Source: Acidimicrobiia bacterium (GTDB lineage Bacteria > Actinomycetota > Acidimicrobiia > Spongiisociales > ZC4RG35). From it: a DNA stretch of 64,000 nt. The stretch lies in the NCBI GenBank assembly GCA_041747855.1, contig JBGTEJ010000042.1:321-64320 (forward strand). Direction: 5' to 3'. The notes beneath the pieces are model-generated. The model was not told the origin of the DNA, did not search any database, and worked only from the letters and a program-made list of their open reading frames with translations. This document shows, piece by piece, positions 17,837 to 26,962 of the stretch; positions within the stretch are counted from its first letter, which is position 1, and the number at the start of each line of letters is the position of its first letter. Position numbers and translations under genes: made by a program.

Positions 17837-18276
17837 GCGTGTATCAATAGCAGTACCACGGCCACATTCACAGCCGCGTCGGCGACATTGAAGGTGGGTA
17901 TCCGCCAGAGCACCACCCAGTCGATGACCGGACCATCGAGGAAACCATCGCCACGGAAGATCCGATCAATGATGTTGCCCACCGCCCCCCCGATGATGAG
18001 GGCGAATGCGACACGTTCCAGCGTCGGCCGCTCACGTCCTAGCACACTGATCACGACCACGGTGATGACGATGGCAGCCAGGCCCACAATGGGTCCGGAA
18101 CCCTGGAGGACCCCGAAAGCAGCCCCGGGGTTTTCGACGAAAGTGAAATAAAGGAAGTCAGGGATCAAGATCACGTCGGCGTCCACGAAGTGGATGGCGG
18201 CATATCGCTTGGTGATCAGATCGACAACCACCACGAGTAGAGCAACGAGCAGCGGCGCTGCCCAGCGACGGCTCAA
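17794..18276 (-). CDS. lspA: lipoprotein signal peptidase II
   Basis: 160 aa with 4 TM. Motifs FVENPGAAFG and FNVADAAVNV carry the catalytic Asp residues. The TTG start overlaps the upstream stop (TTGA). Confidence 0.9.
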   Translation of the reverse strand: MSRRWAAPLLVALLVVVVDLITKRYAAIHFVDADVILIPDFLYFTFVENPGAAFGVLQGSGPIVGLAAIVITVVVISVLGRERPTLERVAFALIIGGAVGNIIDRIFRGDGFLDGPVIDWVVLWRIPTFNVADAAVNVAVVLLLIHAWRTRKPETQRASS

Positions 18277-18647
18277 TATGTTCTAGAAGCACACTCGACA
18301 CAAAGCGTGCTGTAGGGCAGGGCGTCGAGTCTCTCAAGCGGAATCGCCTTGCCACATCTCTCACATAGGCCGTAGTTTCCGGATTCGATCCTGGTCAGAG
18401 CGTGTTCTACCTTGCCAAGGAGTTCGACCGTGTTCTGTTCGAGAGAGAGCTCCTTGGCATACTCGACCTTCATCGAGCTGGCTTCGGCGTTACCCGGATC
18501 GGGGCTCCTGTCAGAAGAGCTCTCCGTCATTCTCGCCTCCTCGAGCTCGCGCTCGTACTCGGAGATCATGTCCTCGAGTCGAGTCTTATCTGCTTCGAGA
18601 CGCTTGCGGAACTTGTCGACGGTGGTCTTGGCTAATGCTCGTGCCAT
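18273..18647 (-). CDS. DksA/TraR-family C4 zinc-finger protein
   Basis: ATG at 18647 (MARALAKTTVDKFRKRLE...). Coiled coil followed by CERCGKAIPLERLDALPYSTLCVEC. The longer track ORF (to 18779) has an implausible Cys/Arg-rich N-terminus. Confidence 0.8.
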   Translation of the reverse strand: MARALAKTTVDKFRKRLEADKTRLEDMISEYERELEEARMTESSSDRSPDPGNAEASSMKVEYAKELSLEQNTVELLGKVEHALTRIESGNYGLCERCGKAIPLERLDALPYSTLCVECASRTY

Positions 18648-18868
18648 CTTTTTCCCTGATTGCGGCGGCGGAGACCCTACCAATGTGGCTCCGGAAATGA
18701 GAGTTTCGCACGCTCTCAAACATAGATTTGCCGCTGAATCTTCCCGGTGACATGCCGAGCAGCCCTCGACCGCTATCACAGAAAGGCGGGTCGGCTCGCA
18801 TCGATCAAAAAGAGCGCCCGAATGTATGTGTGCCGGTTGTCACCTCAGCTAATTACTCTCCAGCCCCC

Positions 18869-21800
18869 ATGTCGGCACCCGAGCAAACCTTCCAGCCACT
18901 CCCCGGTACACCCGACCACAACCGGCTGGAACTCGACCTGCTCGCTTGGTGGGAAGAGAACCAGGTCTTCGAAAAGCTGAGGACGCAGATTGCCGACGGT
19001 CCCAGTTTCAGTTTCATCGACGGTCCGGTGACCGCCAACAAGATCCTGGCCGTCCATACCGCATGGGGTCGAACTCTCAAGGATGTCTTTCAGCGGTACA
19101 AGACGCTATCGGGATACAACACCAGGTTCCAGAACGGTTTCGACTGTCAGGGACTCTGGATCGAGGTAGGGGTCGAACAGGAACTCGGTCTCAACTCGAA
19201 GAGAGACATCGAGGCCTTCGGTCTCGAAGAGTTCGCAAGGAGATGCCGAGCCAAGGTCGCATGGTCGGTGGAGGAGCTGACCAGGGGCTCCAAGCGGCTC
19301 GGCTACTGGATGGACTGGGGCAACGACTACCTGACGTTCGCCGACACCAACATCGAGTACATCTGGCGCTTCCTCAAAGAGATCTACGACCGCGGGATGC
19401 TGTATCAGGGCCACCGGTCGACCGAATGGTGCCCCCGCTGTGGCACCTCGATCTCCCAGCACGAGATCACCATGTCGGGGGTCTATCAGGAGAAGTTGGA
19501 TCCCTCGGTTTTTGTCCGTCTGCCCCTGGTGGAACATGAAGGTGAGTCTTTGGTGGTATGGACCACCACTCCCTGGACCCTGCCGGCCAATGTTGCGGCG
19601 GCGGTGCACCCCGACCGTGAATACGGACTCCGACACGACGGTGATTGGGTCGGTGTGGACCACTACCCCGACGAGACGTTCAAGCGGACCGTAAGAGGAT
19701 CTGACTTGGTCGGTCTGACCTATCGGGGGCCGTTCGATGATCTCGAACCAGGTTCGGCGCTCCAGCATCGTGTCATTCCTTGGGAGGATGTCACCGTGGA
19801 TCGGGGGACGGGGATCGTCCACATTGCCCCCGGAAGCGGCGAGGAAGACTTTCTCCTCGCACCGGTCCACGGTCTGGAGGTCCTCACTCCGGTCGACGAA
19901 TCAGGAAGGTTCTACCCCGAGTACGGCTGGCTGGCCGGCATGGACACCACAGAGGCCCGTCAGCTGATCATCGACGACCTGGAGAAGAAGGGAGCCCTCG
20001 TCGAGGCCAGCGAGTATCTCCACTCCTATCCCCACTGTTGGAGATGCCACACTCCCCTAATTTTCAGGATTGCCGAGGACTGGTACATCGCGGTCGACCC
20101 GATCCGCCAGGAACTCCTCGACGCCAATGCCGGGATCGCTTGGACACCGAAGTACATGGGCAAACTCATGGACGACTGGCTGAACAACATGGGCGACTGG
20201 AATATCTCACGTCGTCGTTTCTATGGGCTGCCGCTCCCGTTCTACCCCTGTCAATGCGGTCACGTCACCGTGATCGGCTCGAGAGAGGAGCTTCTGGAGA
20301 GGGCCACCGGCGGAGTGGACCAACTAGAGGAACTCCACAGACCATGGATCGACCGGGTCACCATCAGATGTGAGCAGTGCGGGAACACCGATCTCCGGCG
20401 GATTCCCGAGGTTGGTGACGTCTGGCTCGACGCCGGCATCGTCCCTCTGTCGACACTCGGTTGGCAGAACGACGAGTGGGTAGAGGGTGGCTATGGGACC
20501 GGTGCCGCCGCCGGTCTGACCAATGCTCCACTCCCCGATCACGCCTACTGGGAGAAATGGTTTCCCGCCGACTGGGTCACTGAAATGCGGGAGCAGGTGA
20601 GACTCTGGTTCTATTCCCAGCTGTTCATGTCGGTGGCAATGGTCGGTCGGGCGCCATTCCGTACGGTCCTCGGCTACGAGAAGATGCTCGCTGAGGACGG
20701 GCGAGAAATGCACGGCTCTTGGGGCAACCTGATCAGTGCCGAGGAGGCCTTCGAACAAATGGGGGCCGATGTGATGCGTTGGATGTATTGCGCTCATCCT
20801 CCGGACCGCAACCTCCTGTTCGGCTACGGCGGTGCCCATGAAGTCAGACGCAAGCTCCTGACCCTCTGGAACTCGGCCCGATTCATCGTCGACTACGGCA
20901 ACATCGAAGGCTTCTCACCCAGCTTCTCAGACCTCGAGGCAGGGCCTCAGGGCGTTGACCTCGCCGAGATAGATCGATGGATGCTGGCACGGGCGGACCG
21001 GGCAATAGCTGAAGCAACGGAGGCGCTGGACCGATTGCGCACGGACGACCTGATCAGCAGCTTCGAGGGCTACCTGGACGACCTGTCCAATTGGTACATC
21101 CGACGAAACCGGAGACGCTTCTATGAGTTCGACGCGGCGGCCTTCCGCACTCTCTGGGTTGGCGTTGTCACCGGTATCCGGCTCATGGCCCCGGTGATGC
21201 CCTTCCTGACCGAGCATCTCTGGTCGACTCTGGTCGCCGGACCCTGTGATGACGCCCCCATGTCGATCCATCTCGCAGGCTGGCCCCAGCCGATGGGTGC
21301 GAGTGACGACGCCCTGCTCGAGACGATGACCCTCACCCGCCAGGTCGTGGAGTTGGGCCGCCGCGCCCGCAACGAGGCCGGTATCAAACTCCGCCAACCT
21401 CTGCGGACCGCACGGGTCCGTGGCGGCGAGTTGGCCCGCGACCACGCCGGGATCATCCGTGACGAACTCAGAGTGAAGGAGTTGGCCTTCGATTCAGAAG
21501 CGGTCGTCGAGGTGAGCTACAAGCCAGACTTTCCCGTCCTGGGGCCGAGGATCGGGTCAAAGGTCAAGGAAGTGGCGGCAAGCCTGGCTGAAGGCGATTA
21601 CACACTCGCCGAGGACGGTTCGATTCTGGTTGCCGGCGAAGTCCTCCAACCCGAGGAAGTGGTCCGCTCCGAGACCGTGCTGCTCGACGGGTGGCTTGTA
21701 GCGAGCGAGGGAAATCTGAGTGTGGCTATCGACCCGACCCTGGACCACGAGCTTGCCACCGAGGGCCGGGCCTTGGACCTGGTCAGGGAGCTCAACGAGA

Positions 21801-21973
21801 TGAGGAAACAGCAGGGCATGCAACTGACCGATAGGGTGATCCTGCGACTCCCATCATCGTATTCCGATCTCTTGGAGACGCACGGTGAGTGGATCGCCAG
21901 CGAGGTGCTTGCGGTGGCTACTGAACTGGACGCGAGCCTCGACGAAGCTGCGATTCGAGTGGCCTCTACCTGA
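18869..21973 (+). CDS. ileS: isoleucine--tRNA ligase, type-2 architecture, with non-canonical signature motifs
   Basis: 1034 aa from ATG 18869 (MSAPEQTFQPLPG...LELDLLAWWEEN). Recognisable regions are GPVTANKILAVHTAWGRTLKDVFQRYK, NGFDCQGLWIEVGVE, editing motif GTGIVHIAPGSGEEDF, and DGREMHGSWGN...GADVMRW. Confidence 0.93.
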   Translation: MSAPEQTFQPLPGTPDHNRLELDLLAWWEENQVFEKLRTQIADGPSFSFIDGPVTANKILAVHTAWGRTLKDVFQRYKTLSGYNTRFQNGFDCQGLWIEVGVEQELGLNSKRDIEAFGLEEFARRCRAKVAWSVEELTRGSKRLGYWMDWGNDYLTFADTNIEYIWRFLKEIYDRGMLYQGHRSTEWCPRCGTSISQHEITMSGVYQEKLDPSVFVRLPLVEHEGESLVVWTTTPWTLPANVAAAVHPDREYGLRHDGDWVGVDHYPDETFKRTVRGSDLVGLTYRGPFDDLEPGSALQHRVIPWEDVTVDRGTGIVHIAPGSGEEDFLLAPVHGLEVLTPVDESGRFYPEYGWLAGMDTTEARQLIIDDLEKKGALVEASEYLHSYPHCWRCHTPLIFRIAEDWYIAVDPIRQELLDANAGIAWTPKYMGKLMDDWLNNMGDWNISRRRFYGLPLPFYPCQCGHVTVIGSREELLERATGGVDQLEELHRPWIDRVTIRCEQCGNTDLRRIPEVGDVWLDAGIVPLSTLGWQNDEWVEGGYGTGAAAGLTNAPLPDHAYWEKWFPADWVTEMREQVRLWFYSQLFMSVAMVGRAPFRTVLGYEKMLAEDGREMHGSWGNLISAEEAFEQMGADVMRWMYCAHPPDRNLLFGYGGAHEVRRKLLTLWNSARFIVDYGNIEGFSPSFSDLEAGPQGVDLAEIDRWMLARADRAIAEATEALDRLRTDDLISSFEGYLDDLSNWYIRRNRRRFYEFDAAAFRTLWVGVVTGIRLMAPVMPFLTEHLWSTLVAGPCDDAPMSIHLAGWPQPMGASDDALLETMTLTRQVVELGRRARNEAGIKLRQPLRTARVRGGELARDHAGIIRDELRVKELAFDSEAVVEVSYKPDFPVLGPRIGSKVKEVAASLAEGDYTLAEDGSILVAGEVLQPEEVVRSETVLLDGWLVASEGNLSVAIDPTLDHELATEGRALDLVRELNEMRKQQGMQLTDRVILRLPSSYSDLLETHGEWIASEVLAVATELDASLDEAAIRVAST

Positions 21974-22846
21974 TCAGTCTTCGGACCGAGGGTTCCAGGG
22001 CTCGAATTCGGGATCTTCCGCTTCATCGTCAGCAGTGTCCCCGTCCTCTTCGTCGCTGTCGTCCTCTCCGGAGTTCACTTCATCGCCCGAATCGACTTCA
22101 TCGTCGGAGTCTTCTTCATCGGCAGTGTCCTCCGACCCATAATCATCGTCGAAGTCATCCGAATCTCCGCTGAGTTCGTCCTCTTCATCATCGGGCGCCA
22201 CAGAGGCATACGCATTCTCCTCCGATTCGTCCGCGGAGGCAGCTGGCCCCCCGGCATCCGATGTCTGCTCGTCCAGCGTGTCATCGGCCGCGAATTCATA
22301 ATGGGGTTCCTGGGAGCCCCCCCTGTCGGAACCTTCACCGGCAAAGAACATCTGTGCTTCCTCGAGCATCACGTCCATCTCAGCCACGCGTTCGGTGGCT
22401 AGACCTGAAAGTGCGGCAAGATCGGTACGGACTCTGGCAACCCTGTCACTGAGTTCAGCGATGGACTTCAACGCTTCCTGTCGAACCGCTTCCCGTTCCG
22501 CGGCAAGGGTGTCGGCCTCAGCGCGTGCCTCACCTCGTATCTGATCGGCCTCGGAACGCGCCTCGCCGAGAACCTTCTCAGCGTCGTCCCGTGCTTCGGA
22601 AACAATACGGTCGGCCGTCTCCTGGGCAATTATCAAGGCCCTTCCGACGGAGGTCGCCTCGTCGATGGGTTCGACCGCTGGCACGGCATCCAGGGAGCGA
22701 TTGGCCTGAAGCGCCGCCACCCGTTCCTCGAGGTCCCGTATGGTCCCAATCACCTCGTCCAGGAAGTCATCGACTTCCCCCAGGTCGTACCCACGAAGAG
22801 CGGTCGAAAATGTCTTGTGCTCGATGTCTGACGGCTTTAGTGGCAT
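21974..22846 (-). CDS. divIVA: DivIVA-domain cell-pole/division protein with a long acidic C-terminal tail
   Basis: ATG 22846 gives MPLKPSDIEHKTFSTALRGYDLGEVDDFLDEV, the canonical DivIVA N-terminus, followed by coiled coil. 41 of the last 72 residues are D/E. Confidence 0.87.
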   Translation of the reverse strand: MPLKPSDIEHKTFSTALRGYDLGEVDDFLDEVIGTIRDLEERVAALQANRSLDAVPAVEPIDEATSVGRALIIAQETADRIVSEARDDAEKVLGEARSEADQIRGEARAEADTLAAEREAVRQEALKSIAELSDRVARVRTDLAALSGLATERVAEMDVMLEEAQMFFAGEGSDRGGSQEPHYEFAADDTLDEQTSDAGGPAASADESEENAYASVAPDDEEDELSGDSDDFDDDYGSEDTADEEDSDDEVDSGDEVNSGEDDSDEEDGDTADDEAEDPEFEPWNPRSED

Positions 22847-22919
22847 CTCCCAAACCCTTTCCAAGCTTGATCGAGAAGGATAGGCGCTCGACTGCAACTG
22901 TTGGGGTCATACGACCTGT

Positions 22920-23198
22920 TCAGAACAGTGTGCTGGCCAGCCTCACCGCCGGGCCGTGGAGGATCCTGATCAGGAAGATGAGTATCAGGGGCGAGAGGTC
23001 GAGGGCACCGGCACCCAAACGCAAAGGAGGAACAAGCCTTTGGATCGGACGTATCAACGGCAGGATGAGCCTGTCGAGGAAGTTCTGGACCTGGCGGAGG
23101 GGGTGACCTGGGGGCGTCTGTATCCACGAGAGAATGACCCAGGCGAGTATCCCCCAAAAAAGGAGTTGGAAAACCAGGTTGACGAGCCCTGCGATCAC
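22920..23198 (-). CDS. yggT: YggT family membrane protein
   Basis: 92 aa with 2 TM. The sequence DRLILPLIRPIQRLVPPLRLGAGALDLSPLILIF matches the YggT pattern. It sits in the conserved position between sepF and divIVA. Confidence 0.82.
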   Translation of the reverse strand: MIAGLVNLVFQLLFWGILAWVILSWIQTPPGHPLRQVQNFLDRLILPLIRPIQRLVPPLRLGAGALDLSPLILIFLIRILHGPAVRLASTLF

Positions 23199-23201
23199 CG
23201 T

Positions 23202-23723
23202 TCAGTCGAGATCGTCGAGTTGGTAGGCGTTCAGCGACGTCAGACGTCGCTTCTCGTCCCGGCTCAGCGTGACCCTGGGTGGGAGAACCAGGATCAAACC
23301 GTCACCGACTTTGCGCATCGAACCATCCAAGGCGTAGATAAGACCCGAAGAGAAGTCGACCACCCGCCTGATCAGGTCACCGTCGACCTGTCGCATGTCG
23401 AGCACGACCGGAACCCGGTCCCGAACCCTGTCAGCCAGCATCCGGGCGTCGGCGAACTCCTCCACTACCAGGATGTCGGACTGGACCTCAACCGGATACA
23501 TGGCAGACGAGGTCCCCGTGCTGGGTGGCTCGACCCGGGTCTGGGGTCTGGTGGCGGTCCTGGCCGTCGGGGGCGGTTCGACCCGACGCCCCTGCGGGAG
23601 GGACTCAGTCGGCTGGACCTGGGCCTCGTATCCACCGGCCAGCTGCTCGGCGGCGGCCTCGTCGAGTTGGTCCTCGTCGACCAAGCCCAGATAGACAAGT
23701 GCTTTAGAGAAGAGAGAAGACAT
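23202..23723 (-). CDS. sepF: cell division protein SepF
   Basis: N-terminal membrane-targeting helix MSSLFSKALVYLGLVD, a disordered linker, and the C-terminal SepF core PVVLDMRQVDGDLIRRVVDFSSGLIYALDGSM. Confidence 0.92.
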   Translation of the reverse strand: MSSLFSKALVYLGLVDEDQLDEAAAEQLAGGYEAQVQPTESLPQGRRVEPPPTARTATRPQTRVEPPSTGTSSAMYPVEVQSDILVVEEFADARMLADRVRDRVPVVLDMRQVDGDLIRRVVDFSSGLIYALDGSMRKVGDGLILVLPPRVTLSRDEKRRLTSLNAYQLDDLD

Positions 23724-24388
23724 CAGGCTCCGGTTGTTTTGTGATCCTCAAAGATAGCCCGTCCTATCCGGATGATGGTGCCACCTTCCTCGATAGCGAC
23801 CTCGAAGTCGTCGGTCATGCCCATGGAGAGTTCGACCACGTCCGGATGAGATTGCCTGACCGTGTCTCTGAGCCCGGCCAGTTCTCGAAAGTAGGGGCGG
23901 CTCGCTTCGGGTTGACCAGGTATAGGAGGCACCGTCATCAAGCCAACCACTTCGAGTCCGATGGCGATCGCCATCTCGACAGTGGCGGCCGCGTTGGAGG
24001 GCTTCACTCCCGACTTCGCCTCCTCACCACCCACGTTGACCTGCACCAGGACCGGCGGCGGCGCTCCCGCTCCCTTTATCCAAGCCAGGGCCAGGTCTCT
24101 CCGATCCAGGGAATGGAGCATCATCACCAAAGGACGCACGATTCGGGTCTTGTTGGTCTGTAGCGAACCGATGAAGTGCCACCTGATGTCCGCTGGAAGA
24201 GCGGGGGCCTTCGCTGCCAGCTCTTGAGCCCGGTTCTCGCCGAAATCTCGATGTCCGAGTGAGTAAATTTCCATGATTTGCTCGACTGATCGATCTTTCG
24301 AAACTGCTATCACAGTGACCGAGTCCGGTTCCCGACCTGCTCTGCGGGAGGCTTCGCCGACCCGCACCATTACCCGGTGGTAGTTCAC
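23723..24388 (-). CDS. yggS: YggS/YlmE family pyridoxal-phosphate homeostasis protein
   Basis: PLP lysine in VTVIAVSKDRS, plus GENRAQE and HFIGSLQTNK. The proposed GTG start at 24388 overlaps the pgeF stop (GTGA). GTG 24397 is an alternative. The 248-aa track N-terminus is implausible. Confidence 0.85.
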   Translation of the reverse strand: MNYHRVMVRVGEASRRAGREPDSVTVIAVSKDRSVEQIMEIYSLGHRDFGENRAQELAAKAPALPADIRWHFIGSLQTNKTRIVRPLVMMLHSLDRRDLALAWIKGAGAPPPVLVQVNVGGEEAKSGVKPSNAAATVEMAIAIGLEVVGLMTVPPIPGQPEASRPYFRELAGLRDTVRQSHPDVVELSMGMTDDFEVAIEEGGTIIRIGRAIFEDHKTTGA

Positions 24389-25005
24389 GGCAACCACCCG
24401 AGGGCGACAAGGCGGTCCGACGTCGCATCTCTGCGGTGGCTGAAAAATGCGGGGTCGTGTCTCGTGCACCCACCCGAGACGAGGACTTCGACACCGTCGA
24501 GTTGCTCGATCACACGTCCGATCAGATCGACACTGGTGCTACCCCAGGTAGTCGTGCTGACATGGCCCGGAAACAGGTCTGCTACTTCGGGCCCAACTTC
24601 GAAGCAGCAGGGCCCTATGCCTGGACCTATCACCGCTGTGTGCGGGGGGTAACCGGCCCCGCTCATCGCCGCAACCAGATTGCGGACGACCCCTGAAGCG
24701 ACACCACGCCACCCAGCATGCGCGACTCCGGTGGCCTCTTCCGCCCGTAGTACTACACCGAAGCAATCGGCGGTGAACACCGCTACCGGTAAGCCCTTCA
24801 GGGTGGTCCACAGCGCGTCGGCATCACCGAGATCACCCGGTGCGGTAGCGACACAAACGGTCGCTCCGTGCACCTGACGGACCTGCGCCCAAGCGCTGCT
24901 CAACTGGAGAGCGTCGCTGAGCCTGGACCTTGTCATAGGGTCGCGGATGTTTCCGTCGACCGCCTGACTGAAGACCACCCCCGCCACCGTGGGCGGAACG
25001 ATCAT
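24385..25005 (-). CDS. pgeF: YfiH/PgeF laccase-domain protein (peptidoglycan editing factor family)
   Basis: Motifs [28 protein letters not shown] and [13 protein letters not shown]. The ATG overlaps the ftsZ stop (ATGA). Confidence 0.85.
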   Translation of the reverse strand: MIVPPTVAGVVFSQAVDGNIRDPMTRSRLSDALQLSSAWAQVRQVHGATVCVATAPGDLGDADALWTTLKGLPVAVFTADCFGVVLRAEEATGVAHAGWRGVASGVVRNLVAAMSGAGYPPHTAVIGPGIGPCCFEVGPEVADLFPGHVSTTTWGSTSVDLIGRVIEQLDGVEVLVSGGCTRHDPAFFSHRRDATSDRLVALGWLP

Positions 25006-26060
25006 CCTCTGACGAAACTCGGGATATCGAGGTCGTCGTCTCTCAAGTCAGAGACCGGGGCCAACGAGGTCCTCGGCTCTGAACCAGACCGGGAGGACGG
25101 CATGACACGACGTCGACCGTCGAAGCCGGCCGCGATCACGGTGACCTTCATCTCCTCACCAAGTGAGTCGTCGACGATGGCGCCGAAAATGATCTCTGCC
25201 TCTGGATCGGCATGGTCTGCTACGACCCGTGCTGCATCGGTGGCCTCGTGGAGGGTCATCGAAGATGGCCCCGACACCGAGAGAAGCACACCTTTGGCCC
25301 CGTCCATCGATGCCTCGAGCATGGGACTCGAGATTGCCCTCTCTGCAGCCTGTTTGGCCCGGTTCTCTCCGGTGGCGCGCCCGATGCCCATAACAGCCGA
25401 GCCGGCGTCGGCCATGATCGTCCGAACATCGGCGAAGTCGACGTTGATCAGACCGGGAGTCGTGATCAAGTCGGTTATCCCTGTGACCCCACTCATGAGT
25501 ACCTCGTCGGCGAGTCGGAAAGTCTCCGCAATGGGAGCGGAGGGGTCTCCCACTTCGAGTAGACGGTCGTTCGGGATCACAATCAGGGTGTCGACCGCGT
25601 CCTTTAGGGCATCGATACCTGCCTCGGCATGGACCTGACGGCGACGCCCCTCGAACCCGAACGGCCTGGTCACTACACCTACGGTCAAAGCACCGACGGA
25701 GCGCGCCACCTCGGCCACGACTGGCGCACCACCCGTGCCGGTCCCACCACCTTCGCCGGCGGTGATGAACACCATGTCGGCCCCTTTGAGGGCGTCTTCG
25801 AGCTCGGCCTTGTGTTCCTCAGCGGCGGCCCTGCCGATCTCCGGGTTGGCCCCGGCCCCGAGTCCACGGGTGACATCGCGACCTATGTCCAGCTTCACGT
25901 CGGCCTCGCTCATCAGCAGCGCCTGGGCGTCGGTATTGAGCGCGATGAACTCGACACCGCGTACACCGGCCTCCACCATCCTGTTGACCGCATTGACTCC
26001 GCCGCCGCCGATACCCACTACTTTGATCACGGCCAGATAACCGCCACTGCTATTACTCAC
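25002..26060 (-). CDS. ftsZ: cell division GTPase FtsZ
   Basis: [15 protein letters not shown], tubulin signature [14 protein letters not shown], and C-terminal [13 protein letters not shown] start with GGAGGA located 6 nt upstream. Confidence 0.98.
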   Translation of the reverse strand: MSNSSGGYLAVIKVVGIGGGGVNAVNRMVEAGVRGVEFIALNTDAQALLMSEADVKLDIGRDVTRGLGAGANPEIGRAAAEEHKAELEDALKGADMVFITAGEGGGTGTGGAPVVAEVARSVGALTVGVVTRPFGFEGRRRQVHAEAGIDALKDAVDTLIVIPNDRLLEVGDPSAPIAETFRLADEVLMSGVTGITDLITTPGLINVDFADVRTIMADAGSAVMGIGRATGENRAKQAAERAISSPMLEASMDGAKGVLLSVSGPSSMTLHEATDAARVVADHADPEAEIIFGAIVDDSLGEEMKVTVIAAGFDGRRRVMPSSRSGSEPRTSLAPVSDLRDDDLDIPSFVRG

Positions 26061-26161
26061 GGGTTGTCCTCCATTGTTGCAAGCTTAAGTTGAGGTTTAG
26101 CGTTGTTGTGGCGGTTAGTACACACTGAAACTTTCACCCTCTACTAGACGTCGACGGTTGC

Positions 26162-26962
26162 TCAAGGACCCTCCACCCCGACGGACTCGTCTTCATCTTC
26201 CGGCTCGGGGAATGGCTCGTATCCTTCGGGGTAGACCACGGACGGATTGGCAGGGGCAACCAGGATGACAAGGGTCCCTTCCGGGAGGTCCTGCATGAGC
26301 AATGCGCCGAGAGTAACTGCCTTTTCTCTCATGTTTACCGCCCTCCCCAGCCTCACCCGATATCCTGACACCACTGCCCAGAGCTCTCCGGACTCGAACC
26401 ACACGTCCGCCGTGACCCCTAGGTCCGGCTCCAGATTCATGAGGAACTCGAGACTGCCCAAGACAAGCTCCGACCCGTGGGCATCGTCATCATCCAGGAA
26501 CGGGAAAGTGGCCCGCCCCATCGAGCCGTCGGGGGTCATGGCGCTAGGGACTGCCCAACCATCTTCGGCTCGGCGAGTCCAACCGCCGGATGTCTCCACC
26601 CAGGCTCTCGGAGATCTCTCTGATACCACAACCACGACACCGGTTGGCCAATTGAGACGGATCCGTGCATCTACCACCCAAGGATCGGAGAGGATTTCTT
26701 CAACCGCCGGACCGGTGCGGAGAAGGATCATCGGTGTGCCCGGCTCGAGACGATGTCGAAGAAGTATCTCTTCGGTGTCACTGGCCTGGACCCCGGTGAC
26801 CCTGACCTCATTTACGCTCATCCAGGGCGAGAGGGTGAACCAGATCAGACTCCCGACAACAGCGACAAAGACGAAGAATTTGAGAAGCTTCCTGACGTTT
26901 CGCTTGGCCCGATCTTCGGCTACCTCGCGTCGCCTCTCGACGAGTCGGGGATCAATGCTCAT
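26162..26962 (-). CDS. ftsQ: cell division protein FtsQ/DivIB (POTRA domain)
   Basis: Cytoplasmic basic N-terminus, a single TM (FFVFVAVVGSLIWFTL), then POTRA VNEVRVTGV. Position is between murB and ftsZ. Confidence 0.8.
   Translation of the reverse strand: MSIDPRLVERRREVAEDRAKRNVRKLLKFFVFVAVVGSLIWFTLSPWMSVNEVRVTGVQASDTEEILLRHRLEPGTPMILLRTGPAVEEILSDPWVVDARIRLNWPTGVVVVVSERSPRAWVETSGGWTRRAEDGWAVPSAMTPDGSMGRATFPFLDDDDAHGSELVLGSLEFLMNLEPDLGVTADVWFESGELWAVVSGYRVRLGRAVNMREKAVTLGALLMQDLPEGTLVILVAPANPSVVYPEGYEPFPEPEDEDESVGVEGP

Noticed and set aside
18648-18868. T-box riboswitch upstream of ileS (expected in Actinobacteria)
   Set aside because: I could not find the conserved T-box core (…GGUGGUACCGCG-like) near the 3' end of the leader, nor a convincing specifier loop with AUC followed by a purine. 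The only weak match (GUGGCUCCGG at about 18683) lies at the wrong end. A covariance-model search is needed before calling it.
21980-22200. Apparent GA-rich nucleotide low-complexity region as a microsatellite or tandem repeat
   Set aside because: There is no fixed repeat unit. The pattern is simply codon bias of the Asp/Glu-rich DivIVA tail (GAC/GAG/GAA codons on the minus strand).
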